Program-made: the position numbers and the translations under genes | Part shown: in pieces, positions 63,560 to 64,000 of the stretch | Layout: each line of letters opens with the position of its first letter | Numbering within the stretch: the stretch's first letter is position 1 | The notes under the pieces: model-generated | The model's database searches: none | Told to the model about the DNA's origin: nothing | The model's input: the letters and a program-made list of their open reading frames with translations, nothing else | DNA from: a virus | Taxonomy: Duplodnaviria > Heunggongvirae > Uroviricota > Caudoviricetes | DNA: 64,000 bases | Direction: 5' to 3' (one strand) | Virus record (IMG/VR): IMGVR_UViG_3300037471_001733 | Span: 22,201-86,200 of that record

Positions 63560-64000
63560 TCAAGTCGGGAAGGCGGTGTGCTCCACGCCATCCAGCAGGC
63601 GGCCGGCGGCCTTCTTGCCAACGTGGATTGCCGTGTCGCCGTCAGGCAGCGAGCGGCAGCGCACGGTCGGCCCGTAGACCTGGGCCAGCCGCTGCACTTC
63701 GCTCGCATCGCTGCCAGCACCCAGCCATTCTCCCCACTGCTTGAACAGGAACGGCACGCCGGCAGCTGCGCATTGGTCGCGCAGATCTCGGGCCCACTGC
63801 AGGTGCATCGGCCGCGCCTTCGGGCCGCTCTCGCCGCCGACGATGACCCAGCTGATGAGCGACAGCATCGCGGCGCTGGCACCGCTCTCCCCCCAGGGGC
63901 GCACTGTCCGCCGCAGGTCTACCGGTCCCAGCAGAGGCTCCATGGACAGGAACCGCACGCGCGCTGGCGTGGCCAGCAGCTTCGGCGCGTCGCGGTCGGC
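63560..64000 (-). CDS. phage Gp37/Gp68 family protein (DUF5131), C-terminal part; N-terminus beyond right edge
   Basis: VRFLSMEPLLGPVDL...WVIVGGESGPKARPMHLQWARDLRDQCAAAGVPFLFKQWGEW matches the DUF5131 signature; frame open to 64000. Confidence 0.7.
   Translation of the reverse strand, partial: ADRDAPKLLATPARVRFLSMEPLLGPVDLRRTVRPWGESGASAAMLSLISWVIVGGESGPKARPMHLQWARDLRDQCAAAGVPFLFKQWGEWLGAGSDASEVQRLAQVYGPTVRCRSLPDGDTAIHVGKKAAGRLLDGVEHTAFPT

Noticed and set aside
63485-63560. AT-rich intergenic tract with TCTTAT/ATAAGA hairpin considered as a terminator for the Gp37/Gp68 gene
   Set aside because: On the relevant (minus) strand the T-run precedes rather than follows the hairpin. More likely this is a promoter region (TTAACT-N17-AATTAT) for the 62987-63484 gene, with low confidence either way.
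1-64000. Diversity-generating retroelement, retron, or other reverse-transcriptase system; toxin-antitoxin or large ATPase/nuclease defence systems
   Set aside because: No ORF shows reverse-transcriptase motifs (YxDD) or template/variable repeat pairs. No large P-loop NTPase, helicase, STAND, TIR, SIR2 or cyclase-type ORF is visible. The only Walker-type ATPases are TerL and the DnaC-like loader.

Overview
High-GC (mid-60s % by eye, not computed), very gene-dense 64-kb segment. It reads end to end as part of a temperate, lambdoid-style dsDNA phage or prophage. I see no host housekeeping genes, integrase, lysis cassette or tail-tube/tape-measure genes, so the element extends beyond both edges.

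Layout:
(1) 1-14,214, minus strand: HK97-type packaging/head module (HNH, TerS, TerL, portal, ClpP-like protease, major capsid, gp6-like connector, head-closure). It is interrupted by about 6.2 kb of eight unusual genes between capsid and connector, including a beta-helix protein and a 561-aa repeat protein.
(2) 14.2-14.55 kb: a tRNA-like gene with an aberrant 28-nt anticodon arm, bracketed by terminators, in the expected cos neighbourhood.
(3) 14.55-24.3 kb: a zinc-ribbon/HNH gene, strand-asymmetric GTGCTG-rich non-coding arrays, and a self-contained bidirectional accessory module. The module has its own thrice-repeated promoter-operator, iteron-like arrays and a low-GC HTH-fusion gene.
(4) 24.3-44.65 kb, minus strand: a long translationally coupled early operon. 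It runs from a Cro/YdaS-like gene through Lar, a replication initiator (embedded GIY-YIG-like domain plus in-gene iterons), a DnaC-like loader, many small nin-like genes, nucleases, an SPFH lipoprotein and membrane proteins, ending in a CxxCxGxG zinc-finger (possibly Q-like) protein.
(5) 44.69-62.4 kb, plus strand: CI-like repressor, a rex-position ORF and a terminator. This is followed by an operator-controlled early operon with a clear lambda Bet homolog, a YqaJ-type exonuclease, a dpdA-like/queC/queE/queD 7-deazaguanine cassette, RdgC, an XF1762/GNAT-like protein and a MazG-like NTP pyrophosphohydrolase.
(6) 62.5-64 kb, minus strand: DUF551/Ead-like genes and a truncated Gp37/Gp68 (DUF5131) gene.

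Best candidates for something new:
(a) the 16.1-24.3 kb accessory module with private regulatory DNA;
(b) the uncharacterised genes fused to the deazaguanine cassette and its structured leader;
(c) the non-canonical gene block inside the head module.

All homology statements come from motif recognition by eye, with no database search. Start codons were adjusted by hand using stop-start overlaps and RBS context.
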